DNA of 64,000 nucleotides from Longimicrobiales bacterium (GCA_965204735.1 OZ242008.1:160001-224000); one strand, 5' to 3'. Positions 29,861 to 40,540 are shown, numbered from the stretch's first letter. The notes: generated by a model from the sequence alone, not told the origin. A program made the numbers and translations.

Positions 29861-32185
29861 CTAGTCGTTGCCGTCCTGCGCCAAGGTCGACCACGCGGTG
29901 AAGCGCTCGCGCCACGCCTCCTGCGCCTCTTCGTCGCCCCGCTGCCCCGCGTCCCAGTACAGCCCGTAGTAGACCCAGGCGTAGTAGTTCGGGATGCCCA
30001 CCGTGGACAGGTCGGGCCAGTACTCCCACTCGTCGGGGATTCCCCCTCGATGCACGAAGACTTCCTCCGTCAGCGTCCGAGTCCGCTCCATGTCGACCCA
30101 CGGCCCCACCACGCCCGCCAAGACGGACTCGTCGGTGTTCCGCACCACGCCGGGCGCTCCCTCCGGGGACCCGGTCCACAGCCGGAACGCCAGCCCCTGC
30201 CGCACCACGTAGCGCCGGAGCCCGAAGGTGGCCGCCGCGCTGCCGCTGGACGCGAAGTACACGGGGCGGTCGCCCAGGGAGTTCGAGATCGCCGACAGAG
30301 AGAACTGGTGCCAAGGGTACATGTGCTGGCCCGGCCCGCCGGCCATCGTGGCCGTCACCGGTCCCAGGTCCACCGTCCGGTCCTCTTCCATCAGCACGTA
30401 GCTCCGGGCGACCCGGTCGACCACCTCGTCGCTCAAGTCGGATCGGAAGACGGCGCGGGTGGGCGGCCGCACGGGCTCGCGCAGCAGGATCGGCGTCTTC
30501 CCCGCGGCTCGCGCCTCCTCCGGGTCGTGAGTGTACATCGCGTCGGTGTTCTCGGCCGTGTAGGGGCGCTGGCAGAGGATCCGCGTGGGTTCGGCCTCCG
30601 GGTCCTCGCCCGGCGCGCAGGGCCGGGTCAGCTCCCGAAGCTGCTTCACGTACCAGTGGGTGTTCAGGTACGAAACGACGGCCACGGTCACGTCCCGCCG
30701 AATGCCCTCCACTTCCTGCAGGTACCACAACGGAAAGGTGTCGTTGTCGCCGTTCGTGAAGAGCAGGCCATAGGGCTCCACGCTCATCAGCAGGTTGTAG
30801 CCCCAGTCGCGGGCAGCGTAGTCGTTGCCGCGGCTGGCCCGGTCGAAGTTGAGGAACACCGGGATCAGGGCCAGCCCCAGCACCGGGGCGCCGAACGCCA
30901 GCGAGCGGCCCGACGCCCGCGCCAGCCGTTGCCAGAGGGCCGCGATGCCCGTGCCCGCCAGCAGTCCCCACACCGAGAACCCGACGACGAAGAAGTAGTC
31001 CCGCTCCCGCACCTCGTGCAGCTCCCGGTCGGGGATGGGGTTGTCGGGGATCGAGTAGCCGTACTTGAAGTTGAGGTAGTAGACCAGTCCCGCCGACAGC
31101 ACCGCGAAGAGCGACGCCAGATACGCCCAGCTCGCCTTGTCGCGTCGGTAGTGCTCCGCCATCCCGAAGAGCCCCAGGCCGATGAAGAGCGCCGTGAAGG
31201 GAAGCCGGGCCGGCCCGAAGAGCACGTCGGAGCCCGACATGCCCCGAGCCCACTGCCAATCGAAGTACTGGAACCAGTTGCGAAGCTGGGAGACCAGGGG
31301 CGCCTGTCGGGGGACGAGCGGCGGCTTGTCGTACTGCTCGCGCTTCAACGACGACGACAGCTCTTCGCAGCCGGCGTTCCCGTAGGTGACGATGGCGCCC
31401 AGCGCGTCGCCGACGCCTTCGCACGTCGGCTGGGCTTCGTTGATGACGGGCCCCAGGCCCGACCGAACCGGCAGGAAGAGGTGGATCGACAGGCCCAGGA
31501 AGACAGCCAGGGCGCCCGCCGCGTAGAGGCGGGGGTTGAGGAGCGCCTGCGGACGCACCATCAGGACGAAGAGGAGGAGCGACGGGGCCGCCAGGAACAC
31601 CATCAGGTGGTTGCCGACCGAGAGCGCCAGCACGAACACCATCAGCACCAGCAGGTTGTCGTCCTTGCCCTTGCCCAGCTTCTCCTGCCAGCGGAAGGCG
31701 AGCCACGACAGGAGCGCGATGGTGAAGAGGGAGACGGTGTAGACCTTCTCGTTGACGTTCGACTGGTTCCACACCGTGAACGCCGTGGCGCTGACCAGCA
31801 CCGCGGCGTAGGCGCCGGCCAGGCGGAAGCGCCGGTCCCGGGAGAAGTGGCGGAGCACGTGGTGGATCACGAGGAACCACAGCCCGTGGGCCAGTGCGCC
31901 CATGAAGGTCGAGAAGAGGTTGATGCGGACGGCGGTGGACAGCCCGGTGGGGCCGAGGAGAATCTCCCAGGTGCGGGCCAGGACCACGAAGAGCGGGTTT
32001 CCCGGCGGATGAGGGATGCCCAGGATGTGGCCGGTGGCGATGTACTCGCTGGCGTCCCAGAACGCCGTAGTGGGCGCCAAGGTGGCCGCGTAGAGGGCCG
32101 CGACCGACGCCGCGGCGATTGCCGCCCAGCCGTAGGGGGGCCGCGGGTCGCCGGCGCCGACGGGGGAAGGACTCCCGTTCCTCAT
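29861..32185 (-). CDS. DUF2723 (TMEM260-like, GT-C) membrane protein
   Basis: TLAPTTAFWDASEY, HPPGNPLF, FTNGDNDTFPLWY; multiple TM segments. Confidence 0.9.
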   Translation of the reverse strand: MRNGSPSPVGAGDPRPPYGWAAIAAASVAALYAATLAPTTAFWDASEYIATGHILGIPHPPGNPLFVVLARTWEILLGPTGLSTAVRINLFSTFMGALAHGLWFLVIHHVLRHFSRDRRFRLAGAYAAVLVSATAFTVWNQSNVNEKVYTVSLFTIALLSWLAFRWQEKLGKGKDDNLLVLMVFVLALSVGNHLMVFLAAPSLLLFVLMVRPQALLNPRLYAAGALAVFLGLSIHLFLPVRSGLGPVINEAQPTCEGVGDALGAIVTYGNAGCEELSSSLKREQYDKPPLVPRQAPLVSQLRNWFQYFDWQWARGMSGSDVLFGPARLPFTALFIGLGLFGMAEHYRRDKASWAYLASLFAVLSAGLVYYLNFKYGYSIPDNPIPDRELHEVRERDYFFVVGFSVWGLLAGTGIAALWQRLARASGRSLAFGAPVLGLALIPVFLNFDRASRGNDYAARDWGYNLLMSVEPYGLLFTNGDNDTFPLWYLQEVEGIRRDVTVAVVSYLNTHWYVKQLRELTRPCAPGEDPEAEPTRILCQRPYTAENTDAMYTHDPEEARAAGKTPILLREPVRPPTRAVFRSDLSDEVVDRVARSYVLMEEDRTVDLGPVTATMAGGPGQHMYPWHQFSLSAISNSLGDRPVYFASSGSAAATFGLRRYVVRQGLAFRLWTGSPEGAPGVVRNTDESVLAGVVGPWVDMERTRTLTEEVFVHRGGIPDEWEYWPDLSTVGIPNYYAWVYYGLYWDAGQRGDEEAQEAWRERFTAWSTLAQDGND

Positions 32186-34248
32186 GGCGCGGACGTCCCC
32201 GCGACGCTCCGGGCCGACCCGACGGGCCGCTCCAGCAGCAAGCTTCCTGTTTCCATCACGGTGCACTCCCAGCTCTCGGGGACCCAGGTCGTTCCCGAAT
32301 ACTCTGCGACGATCGCCGGCCCTGCGAATCTAGCCCCGGCGCCCAGGGCGTCGCGGACGTGGCTTTCCGCCACAATGGACCCGTCGGCGGTCAGAACGGT
32401 TGCCGGCTCCGCCTTCGGGGCCGTTCCGGGACCGGGGCCCGGAAGCCGCACCTCCGCCGGCGGCGCCTGGGCCACCGCACGCAACGTAACGGCTTCCACC
32501 GGGCTCTCGCGCCGGGCGTAGCCGTAGCGCTCTTCGTGGGCGGAGTGGAACGCCTCCGCCCAGTCTTCGGCCGGCACGCGAAGCTCGAAGCTCTGGCCGG
32601 CGTAGCGGGCGTCCACCGAGCAGCGGACGGTCACGCCTTCGCCTTCGAAGCCCTCGTCGCGGAGGGCGCCGGCCGCTGCCGCCCGGAGCTCGGCGAAGGC
32701 GTCCTCGCACTCCTGGGGGTCGTCGCCCGCGCGCTGCAGGACCGTCCGGGACACCTCGCGGGTCACCGGGGCCACCAGCATTCCGAAGGCGGAAAGGAGA
32801 CCGGGCGACGGGGGCACCAGCGCGCGCTCGACGCCGATCCTCCCCGCCAGCTCCGCCACGTGAAGTCCGCCCGCCCCGCCGAACGCGACCAGGCAGAACT
32901 CCCGGGGATCGTAGCCCCGCTCCACCGAGATCACCCGCAGCGCGCGCTCCATGGCGCTGTCGGCCACCGCCAGCACTCCCTCGGCCGCCGCCTCCAGGCT
33001 GGCCCCCATCCCCTCGGCCACGCCCCGCAGCACGGGCTCCACCGCCTCCCGGTCCAGCGACGCGGTTCCGCCCAGGAACCCTCCGACGGGCAGCCGCCCG
33101 AGCCACACGTGGGCGTCGGTCACGGCCAGAGAACGACCGCCGCGCCCGTAGCACGCCGGCCCCGGCTCGGCCCCGGTGCTCTCGGGCCCCACCTTGAGGG
33201 CGCCTCCGGCGTCCAGCCGCGCGATGCTGCCGCCCCCTGCGCCCACCGTGTGGATGTCCAGCACCGGGACCGCCACCGGCTGCCCGTCGACGGCGAACTC
33301 CCGGGTGCGGAGCGGCCGTCCCGGGCACAGGGACACGTCGGTGGACGTGCCCCCCATGTCGAAGGCGACCACCTTGTCGAAGCCGGCGGCGCGTCCCCAG
33401 TGCAGCGCCCCCACCACGCCGCCGGCCGGACCGGACAGCACGGTGTGCACTGGTTCCCTCGTCGCCCGCCTCACCGGCACGGTTCCCCCGTTGGAGCCCA
33501 TGATCGCGACCCGCTCCGCGCCGGCCCGCTCCTCCAGCCGGGCCAAGTAGCCCGACACCATCGGCGCGACGAAGGCGTTCACCACCGTGGTCGAGGTTCG
33601 CTCGTACTCGCGAAACTCGGGAAGCAGCCGCGACGACACCGACACCGGCACGCCGCTCCCCTCCAGCGCCGTCGCCACCGCTTCCTCGTGGACCGGATTC
33701 GCGTACGAGTGCAGCAGGCACACCGCCACCGAGTCCCGCTCCCGCGCCCACTCCGCCAGCTTGGCCAGCTCCTCGGCGTCCACCGGCTCGAGCTCCGCGC
33801 CCTGGGGGTCCAGCCGCCCCGCCACGCCCAGCCGGTCCTCCCGTCCCGCCAGCGGCGGCTTGCGCCAGCCGACCAGCGCATAGAGCTGGGGACGGTTCTG
33901 ACGCCCGATCTCCAGCACGTCCTCGAAGCCCCGGTTGGTGACAAGTCCCACCCGCGCGCCCTTGCGCTCCAGAAGCGCGTTGGTCGCCACCGTGGTTCCG
34001 TGGAGAAGGACGAAGGGCCGGCGTTCGGGGCGCCCGCGTTCGGTCGAGCTTTCGCCCAGCCCCAGCGCCCGGAGCCCGTCGAGCACCGCCCGGCTGGGGT
34101 CCGCCGGCGTCGAGGGCACCTTGAGGCTCCGCAGCCCGCCGTCGGCGAGGATCAGCAGGTCGGTGAAGGTGCCGCCCGTGTCCACGGCCACCAGGAGGGG
34201 CTCGGCGCCCGCCTCCGTCGGCTTCGGCTTTCGCGTCGCTTCCGTCAA
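32182..34248 (-). CDS. Hydantoinase/oxoprolinase A family protein
   Basis: DTGGTFTD, HGTTVATNALLE, SGPAGG, DMGGTSTD, AFGGAGGLH. Confidence 0.9.
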   Translation of the reverse strand: MTEATRKPKPTEAGAEPLLVAVDTGGTFTDLLILADGGLRSLKVPSTPADPSRAVLDGLRALGLGESSTERGRPERRPFVLLHGTTVATNALLERKGARVGLVTNRGFEDVLEIGRQNRPQLYALVGWRKPPLAGREDRLGVAGRLDPQGAELEPVDAEELAKLAEWARERDSVAVCLLHSYANPVHEEAVATALEGSGVPVSVSSRLLPEFREYERTSTTVVNAFVAPMVSGYLARLEERAGAERVAIMGSNGGTVPVRRATREPVHTVLSGPAGGVVGALHWGRAAGFDKVVAFDMGGTSTDVSLCPGRPLRTREFAVDGQPVAVPVLDIHTVGAGGGSIARLDAGGALKVGPESTGAEPGPACYGRGGRSLAVTDAHVWLGRLPVGGFLGGTASLDREAVEPVLRGVAEGMGASLEAAAEGVLAVADSAMERALRVISVERGYDPREFCLVAFGGAGGLHVAELAGRIGVERALVPPSPGLLSAFGMLVAPVTREVSRTVLQRAGDDPQECEDAFAELRAAAAGALRDEGFEGEGVTVRCSVDARYAGQSFELRVPAEDWAEAFHSAHEERYGYARRESPVEAVTLRAVAQAPPAEVRLPGPGPGTAPKAEPATVLTADGSIVAESHVRDALGAGARFAGPAIVAEYSGTTWVPESWECTVMETGSLLLERPVGSARSVAGTSAP

Positions 34249-34255
34249 AGCTGTT
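34228..34255 (+). repeat. 28-bp direct repeat, left copy (island boundary)
   Basis: CTTTCGCGTCGCTTCCGTCAAAGCTGTT; 27/28 identical to 40541-40568. Confidence 0.85.
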
Positions 34256-34443
34256 CCGCCTCCGTGCTCCGTTTCCTGCGTGTCTCCGGCAATGCAAGCT
34301 AAAGGTGGACCTGGAGCGGCGCTTGGCCGACGCCCTGCCCCGACGACGCCTGCAAGCCCAGGTCGTCAGGTCGGCTCGGGGCCTCACGCGCTGCTGGGTG
34401 CGACAGCTTGCAGCTCCGCAATGCAGCCGATAATGTGCGCGAC

Positions 34444-35013
34444 ATGTCGGACCTGCCCGAAGTCGAAATCGACTTGGAGCGCCTGCGCGCCAGGGACCAG
34501 GAAGAAGTGACGAAGGTCGTAATGACGTACGGCCCCGTGCTCAAGTCGGTGTTTTGGGGAGTCGCGGTCGATCGGCATGACCTTGCCGACATCGTGAACG
34601 ACTTCTGGATACATATCGTGCCGAGACTGGACCGCTACTCCGGCAAGTCTCCGTTCGGGCCGTGGCTCGTGCGCTGCGCCAAGAACTTCCGCAACTCCAG
34701 GGCGCGCAAGAACAGCGCCTGGGCTGCTCGGACGGCAACCTTCAAGGAGCGCCGGGAGCTGGTGGTCGACGGTTCGGCCCTCGACGAGGAAGTCCAGCGG
34801 CAGTTGCTGAAGCAAGCCGTCTTCAAGGCAGTGGACGAGCTGCCGGGGCTGGAGGGCCAGGCGGTGACGCTGACGATGCTGGAGGGCCGGAGCAAGGCGG
34901 ACGCCGCGAAGATGCTGAACGTCAGCCAGGCGACGGTTGCGAACTTGGTGCGACGGGGGCTGTTCAAGCTGCAGGAGAACGAGCTTCTCCAAAGCTTTCA
35001 CGACGACATGTAG
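34444..35013 (+). CDS. ECF-type RNA polymerase sigma factor
   Basis: Region 2 (DLADIVNDFWIHI..YSGKSPFGPWL..CAKN) and region 4 (AVDELP..AAKMLNVSQATV..RGLFKL). Confidence 0.8.
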   Translation: MSDLPEVEIDLERLRARDQEEVTKVVMTYGPVLKSVFWGVAVDRHDLADIVNDFWIHIVPRLDRYSGKSPFGPWLVRCAKNFRNSRARKNSAWAARTATFKERRELVVDGSALDEEVQRQLLKQAVFKAVDELPGLEGQAVTLTMLEGRSKADAAKMLNVSQATVANLVRRGLFKLQENELLQSFHDDM

Positions 35014-35019
35014 GGACCC

Positions 35020-35754
35020 ATGCCGCCGCCGTTGCTCGCCCTGTCCGCCAGTTCGAGGTTGCGCCGGAAGCTCCGCATGGTCGCCGAGGCCGGCCCGGTG
35101 TCGCCGATCGTCGGACCCGTCGCCTTTGCTCGCAGCTGGAGCGGGCTGGCCGAGCTTGCCGCAGCTCACCCCGCGTCGCCGACGGTCGTCGATGCCGCGT
35201 TCCCCGAGGGTTCGCCCCCGCCGTCCACATTCGCGACGGCGCCGGGGATCGGTGGGAGCGACTCGCTTGGCGTCATTCGGCACGCCGTTCTTGGGGCCAT
35301 CGATCCCGAACGACCTCGTCGCTTGCTGGCCCGGATCCGCGAGCAAGGCGCCACCGAAGCCTGCCGGATCATGGACCACGTGCTGACCCGGTCCTTCGGT
35401 CCGTGCACGGTACCGGACTTGGCGGCGAGCCTGGGGCTGTCCCACTGGTCGCTGCTCCGCCGTTGCGCCGCCCTCGGCATTCCCACGCCCAAGAAGCTGA
35501 CCGACCTGGGACGCGTCTACACCGTCGAGCGACTGGCCGAGTGGAGCGAGCAACCGTCGGGCGTCGCGGCAACGGCCGTGGGGTACCCGGAGCCCGCCAA
35601 CTACCGACGAACGGCTCGCCGTGCCCTGGGCGAGCCGCCGACGGCGATCCGTCGCAGCGGCGGCGCCGCCTACGTGGGCCGCGTCATTCTGCGGAGGCTG
35701 GCGCCGCCGCCGACAGGTCCCGTCGGCCTCGCGCAACACGGCGCCAAAAACTGA
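35020..35754 (+). CDS. AraC-like HTH transcriptional regulator
   Basis: TVPDLAASLGLSHWSLLRRC..GIPTPKKL; ATAVGYPEPANYRR second HTH; homologous to the C-half of 62230-63633. Confidence 0.75.
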   Translation: MPPPLLALSASSRLRRKLRMVAEAGPVSPIVGPVAFARSWSGLAELAAAHPASPTVVDAAFPEGSPPPSTFATAPGIGGSDSLGVIRHAVLGAIDPERPRRLLARIREQGATEACRIMDHVLTRSFGPCTVPDLAASLGLSHWSLLRRCAALGIPTPKKLTDLGRVYTVERLAEWSEQPSGVAATAVGYPEPANYRRTARRALGEPPTAIRRSGGAAYVGRVILRRLAPPPTGPVGLAQHGAKN

Positions 35755-35794
35755 CCTGCATGTTCAGGGTTTCGAGAGCGTTCAACAGGTACGC
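35743..35794 (+). promoter_or_regulatory. Class A promoter-like motif GCCAAAAACTGACCTGCAT-N16-GCGTTCA-N4-GTACGC
   Basis: Same blocks at identical spacing at 42274-42325; lies directly upstream of a propeller operon. Confidence 0.7.
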
Positions 35795-35827
35795 ACAGCG
35801 GTCTCACATCCAACTGGGGGTGGCAGG

Positions 35828-36883
35828 ATGAAGGTGCGGCGCGTGTTCGCCCAAGTGGTCGCTACCACCACCTTGGCAAGTTGTGGCAGCGATCCGGTCC
35901 CGTATCGGCCCTTGTTCTCGTTGGCGGACACGGTCTCCAGAGTGAAGTCGGCCGCGGTCTTCGACACGCTGTGGGCGTTCGGTGGCCCGGACGACACGCT
36001 TCTCGCCTTGCCGGCAATGCCCCGTCCCGATGGTTCCGGCGGGGTGGTCTTCGTCGACGTGCAGAGCATGAAGGTTCATCGCATCGGGGGCGAGGGGACG
36101 TTGCTGTGGTCGTGGGGCCGCAAGGGCGAAGGCCCAGGCGAGATCAAGAACGTTCGGGCCATGGACGTTCGCGACGACGGCTCCGTGGTTCTCGTCGACT
36201 CGGGGAACCGGCGGATCGTGACGCTGGACTCTGGCGGCAAGCAGATCGGCGAAACGGGCTTTTTCGGGAGGACGGTGCACTCCGTGGCGTCTCTCTTGGA
36301 GGACAAGCTCGCAGTCCACTCGACCAGCCCGTTGTGGGGCGTCTTGGAGGGCGGCAAAGTGCAGGAAGCGGAGTCTCCTCCTGGAACGGGTCCCTCTCCG
36401 TCGGTGGTGCAGCACCAAGGCCACGTCGTGAGGTGGCGAGGGGACAAGTGGGTGTTCGGCTACGGAGTGGGGAACGGCTGGATGGTCTTTGCCGATGACG
36501 CGCTTGTCGGCGTGCATCCATATGTGGAGCACACGGAGGTCCCGGCAGTGCGGGAGGCAGACCGGGTGCGCCGGACCTCTGGCTTCGTCTCCCGGCCTGT
36601 GACGTCCGGCCGTTCCCTTGCAGTGATCGGCGACACTCTGCATGTGCTTTTCGGCGGCGTCAAGGGCCTGGCTGGCCACAAGATCGACAGATACAACCTT
36701 CGGACGGGCGAGTACTTGAACACCGATCTGCTGCCGCACTACGCAAACCGAGCGGCCATGGCCGAAGGAAGAGTGGTCACCGTCTATTCGGCGGGTCTGT
36801 TCCCGCGTATCGTGGCGCTGGCGCGCAGGTCCCCTGACGACGTAGAAGCTGGTGTCAGCCTCGACAAAGGAGTTGAAAGATGA
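35828..36883 (+). CDS. 6-bladed beta-propeller lipoprotein
   Basis: Lipobox LASC; WGRKGEGPGEI motif. Confidence 0.8.
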   Translation: MKVRRVFAQVVATTTLASCGSDPVPYRPLFSLADTVSRVKSAAVFDTLWAFGGPDDTLLALPAMPRPDGSGGVVFVDVQSMKVHRIGGEGTLLWSWGRKGEGPGEIKNVRAMDVRDDGSVVLVDSGNRRIVTLDSGGKQIGETGFFGRTVHSVASLLEDKLAVHSTSPLWGVLEGGKVQEAESPPGTGPSPSVVQHQGHVVRWRGDKWVFGYGVGNGWMVFADDALVGVHPYVEHTEVPAVREADRVRRTSGFVSRPVTSGRSLAVIGDTLHVLFGGVKGLAGHKIDRYNLRTGEYLNTDLLPHYANRAAMAEGRVVTVYSAGLFPRIVALARRSPDDVEAGVSLDKGVER

Positions 36884-38073
36884 TCAAGCCGGTTCGCTTG
36901 ATCTCCGTCTCGCGCCTGCTGGCGCGCACGGTGGCCGCTGCCCTGCTGCTGAGCTTCCTCGCTTGTTCCGACGCCCCGGGCGCGCACGACGCAGTCGCGA
37001 ACGACGGCTCCCGCCCCTGGGCTTCGCGGGATTCCTGGCTGGAGGCTCGGCTTGAGGCCGTTTCAGACGCAAGCCTGAACCTGGGCGAGGTCTTGGGCTT
37101 GGCAGTCGGGCATCAGGACATGGTCTACGTGCTGGACGCACTTAGTCCAGGCGTGGTCGTCTTGGACTCGCTTCTGTCGCCGGTCACGACGGTCGGCCGA
37201 CGAGGCGAAGGACCCGGCGAGTTCATGTTCATCCGCAACGTCCAGGTCCTGCCCGGAGACAGCCTGATGGTGTTCGACGGACAGCTGAAGCGCGTCACCG
37301 TCTTGTCAGAAGCGCCGGAAGCGCCGGAAGCGCAGTACGACTCGATGCGCTTCGCGGTGGTGCCCGCCGACGTCTCGCAACTCTGGAGAATGCTCGGACC
37401 CGTTGGGAACTACTTGGCCTACGACCGGCGAACGTTCTACGCAGGTGACATTCCAGAGGCAGACGCAGCACGCAACGACGTGTTCTTCGTCCTCGGCGAC
37501 GACGGCCTGACCAAGCGGCATGATTCCGTTCTGGTTGCCCCATCGTTGGAGACCTTGGTCGCGCGGAGTTCCGGGGCCGTGGCGCTCGGCCGGCACCCGT
37601 ACGGCCGCGAAGGATTCGTGGGAATGCTGACCAACGGGGGCTTCGCATACGTCAACTCGGACGCACTGTCGGTTGCGATCTTCGACGACGAAGGGCAACA
37701 AACCCGGTCGTTCTCGTATCCTACCGTCCCGTTGCCGGTGTCGTCCCAGGACCTTGCTGCCGAACTCGACAAGCTTCGACCGGCCCTTGCGAGAGTGCTG
37801 AGGGAAGGGGCTCCCTACACGCGGCCTCCGTTGGTTGGCATGGTCGTGGACGACCAGGATCGGATCTGGCTGGGGCTGCGCGGACCTGCCGAAGAGATGC
37901 CATGGGAATGGGCCGCGTTCGAGCTCGACGGTCGCCATGTGGGCTCGGTGCGCCTGCCTGCCGGTCTCTTGCTTCGCGCAGCCACAGGGGGCAAGCTGCT
38001 GGGAGTGGCCGTCGACGACCTCGAGGTGCCGAGGATTCACCTCTATCGGACCGTTGGGACGGCCGCATCATGA
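36880..38073 (+). CDS. 6-bladed beta-propeller lipoprotein
   Basis: Lipobox FLAC; VGRRGEGPGEF motif; DDLEVPRIHLY C-terminus. Confidence 0.8.
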   Translation: MIKPVRLISVSRLLARTVAAALLLSFLACSDAPGAHDAVANDGSRPWASRDSWLEARLEAVSDASLNLGEVLGLAVGHQDMVYVLDALSPGVVVLDSLLSPVTTVGRRGEGPGEFMFIRNVQVLPGDSLMVFDGQLKRVTVLSEAPEAPEAQYDSMRFAVVPADVSQLWRMLGPVGNYLAYDRRTFYAGDIPEADAARNDVFFVLGDDGLTKRHDSVLVAPSLETLVARSSGAVALGRHPYGREGFVGMLTNGGFAYVNSDALSVAIFDDEGQQTRSFSYPTVPLPVSSQDLAAELDKLRPALARVLREGAPYTRPPLVGMVVDDQDRIWLGLRGPAEEMPWEWAAFELDGRHVGSVRLPAGLLLRAATGGKLLGVAVDDLEVPRIHLYRTVGTAAS

Positions 38074-38131
38074 GGGCAGGCGTGGCTCGAAACGGCGACT
38101 CCGGCCAGCGGCGGCCGCCTGCTGTCGTGTG

Positions 38132-39298
38132 ATGGCGGACCTTCCCCCGTCCAGTGCGGTCGAGGGCCGATTCCCGGCCATGACGGGCCGCATCTTCGGC
38201 AAGCTGGCCGCGCTCTTTTCGCTGTACGCAGGATGGCTCCTTTTCGACGACCTCGATGGCGTGCCCTATCTGGAGCGCCTCGTCATGATCGGCGGCATCG
38301 CCTCGTTTGCCCTGGCGCTGCTGGTGGCTCCTGCCGTCTTTGCGGCCGGCAGCGAGTTCGACGTCTTCGGCGAAAGGGGGCCAGGAGAACGGCGACGCGG
38401 CTGGCGGTGGCTCGGTCTGGCGGCCCTCGGGGCTTGCCTAATGGCCGAGACGGGAGTTCCCCTGTCGGAGTACCTGCTCGACGTTGTCGCCCCGAACCGA
38501 ACACGCGGGGTGCCGGAACCGGGAGTCAGGTACTACAACCGCCTCCTGGTGCCAATCGCAGTGGGGATCTTCATCGTGACCTCGGGCGTGGCCGGTGCCG
38601 TGGTCCACTGCATGACTCGGGACTCGAGTCCGGGCCGCCGCAGTCTGGTGCGGTTTCTGACGTGCGTGGGCTTGGTCGCGTTGTTCTGGGCGTCTCTCCT
38701 GATCTGCAGCGAGCTGGTGAGGTCCACCACCACTATGCCCGTCGTCCTGATCGTCCTTGGCCCGCAGCTGATCCCCCTCCTGCTGACGTGGCGCCTTGTG
38801 CGCTCCCAGGGCTACGGCGTCCTCGAAGTCGTCGGGTTGGACAGAAGGATGGACCGTTGGCTGGACGCCGATGCCGTGGACCGACTTGTGCATGCCGTAA
38901 GCCGACAGGACGCGCCGAACGCCCCCGTCGTCGAAGATGTAGCGCGGAACCGGACCGAAGCGGAAGCCGCTCGGTTCATGCTGGCAATGAGGCGCGCAGC
39001 GGCCCCTGCGATCCGGGTGAGTGAAGCGGAAGCGCGGGCGACCGCAGCTCGCGCCCTGGCGGCGGCGCCGGCTCAAGCTGCAACATCAGGCGCCACGAGT
39101 CTCCGGCGGCTCGTCTCGGGTCGGGTCGGCGATTTCGGCGTGTCGTGGGCATCCCTGTCGGCAGGGTTGGTTCTCTTCGGCCTCATGGCTGCCGTGCCCC
39201 CCAACGCCTTGGCGGCTCTGACCGTGGCGTTGATCGGGACCGCAGTCCAGACTCGTTGGCTCCGGCCTGCTCGCGCAACCGCGCCGACACCGGCCTGA
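38132..39298 (+). CDS. Multi-pass membrane protein of unknown function
   Basis: About 8 hydrophobic segments; co-oriented in the operon; start 38132 or 38180. Confidence 0.65.
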   Translation: MADLPPSSAVEGRFPAMTGRIFGKLAALFSLYAGWLLFDDLDGVPYLERLVMIGGIASFALALLVAPAVFAAGSEFDVFGERGPGERRRGWRWLGLAALGACLMAETGVPLSEYLLDVVAPNRTRGVPEPGVRYYNRLLVPIAVGIFIVTSGVAGAVVHCMTRDSSPGRRSLVRFLTCVGLVALFWASLLICSELVRSTTTMPVVLIVLGPQLIPLLLTWRLVRSQGYGVLEVVGLDRRMDRWLDADAVDRLVHAVSRQDAPNAPVVEDVARNRTEAEAARFMLAMRRAAAPAIRVSEAEARATAARALAAAPAQAATSGATSLRRLVSGRVGDFGVSWASLSAGLVLFGLMAAVPPNALAALTVALIGTAVQTRWLRPARATAPTPA

Positions 39299-39305
39299 CG
39301 AGCGG

Positions 39306-40514
39306 ATGAACGACACGTTTTCCAAGACCGTCGCCGGGGTGCTGGTCGCCTGCGCGCTGGTGGTTGCGGTTGCCGTCGTGCGGCAAGCCTTCTGGACGCC
39401 TGCGCCGCCCCCGCCTCCCAGCAGCGAGCCCCGCACGGAGAACGGCGAGTACGTGCAACGGACTTCGGCCGCCGGCGAGTCGCGATCGTGGGCAACGGGC
39501 CCTTGGCTGGAGCTCGACTCGAAGAACACGAGAACGGCGACCGGTTACGGCCTGGACGACTTCGACAACGTCGCGCTCGACTTGAAGGGCCGAGCGCATG
39601 TGGTGGATCGATCCAGCAAGAAGGTCGTCGTGTTCGATCCCGACTTGCAGTTCATCCACGCCGTCGCCCTCTCCCCCGCCGACCAGGAGATCGGAATCGA
39701 CATGCTGGGGACGGACAGCATCGCAGTCCTCGATTGGCGAACAGGACTGGCGTCGGTCAGGTCCACCAGAACTGGTGAAGTGGCATCCCACTTTCTTGTC
39801 TCCGGCGCCGGAACCTACTACCCCTACGCGATATGGGCCTTTGGGCAAGGCGCCGGCTTCCTGACGGCCTACACAAGCTCCTACACCCCCGACAACGCGT
39901 TGCAGAAGAACCGGCAAAACTTCATTCGCCTCTTCGACCGCGGCGGAGGCGTTGCCCGCGATTCGGTGTTCCTGTTTCCGGCCACGGAGAAGCTGGTTGC
40001 TGGAGCCGGGCTCGGCGTTTCGGTCGGCCCGCACCCCTTCGGCGCCACCTCCTACGTGCGCGTCCTGGCGGGCACGACGGTGGTCCAGGCGTCCTCGGAC
40101 CGCTTTGCCGTCAGCCTCGTAGACGTCGAGGAGGACGCGGCCACCTCCTTCTCGTACCCCACGGATCCGGCGTGGGTGTCCGACGCTGAGCTGACGGCCG
40201 CCGCGGCTCGGGAGTCGGAGGAGCGCGCCGCCGCTCTGCTCGCCGAAGGGCGTCGCGCCCGCCAAGTGCTGGCCGGGCTCGCAGTGGACAACCTGCGCAG
40301 CACAATCTGGGTAGGCGTCTGGGCGCCGCCCGGGTCCGACAGGGAGTGGGCCGCCTTCGACACGTCGGGCACGCATCTGGCTTCGGTTGCCCTGCCCGCC
40401 GCCTTTGTCCTGCACAGCGTAGTGGATGGCCGCTTGGTTGGCATCGACTACTCCGAAGGCAAGCGTGCTCCGGCGCTCCAATCGTTTCGAGTGCTTCGCG
40501 ACGACGAGCCCTGA
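39306..40514 (+). CDS. 6-bladed beta-propeller-like protein with N-terminal membrane anchor
   Basis: Alignable with 36880-38073 (DSV....E.LVA...HP(F/Y)G, SFSYPT.P..VS, EWAAF...G.H..SV.LPA). Confidence 0.75.
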   Translation: MNDTFSKTVAGVLVACALVVAVAVVRQAFWTPAPPPPPSSEPRTENGEYVQRTSAAGESRSWATGPWLELDSKNTRTATGYGLDDFDNVALDLKGRAHVVDRSSKKVVVFDPDLQFIHAVALSPADQEIGIDMLGTDSIAVLDWRTGLASVRSTRTGEVASHFLVSGAGTYYPYAIWAFGQGAGFLTAYTSSYTPDNALQKNRQNFIRLFDRGGGVARDSVFLFPATEKLVAGAGLGVSVGPHPFGATSYVRVLAGTTVVQASSDRFAVSLVDVEEDAATSFSYPTDPAWVSDAELTAAAARESEERAAALLAEGRRARQVLAGLAVDNLRSTIWVGVWAPPGSDREWAAFDTSGTHLASVALPAAFVLHSVVDGRLVGIDYSEGKRAPALQSFRVLRDDEP

Positions 40515-40540
40515 GGCCCGACCCCGACTGACGGTGTTGA

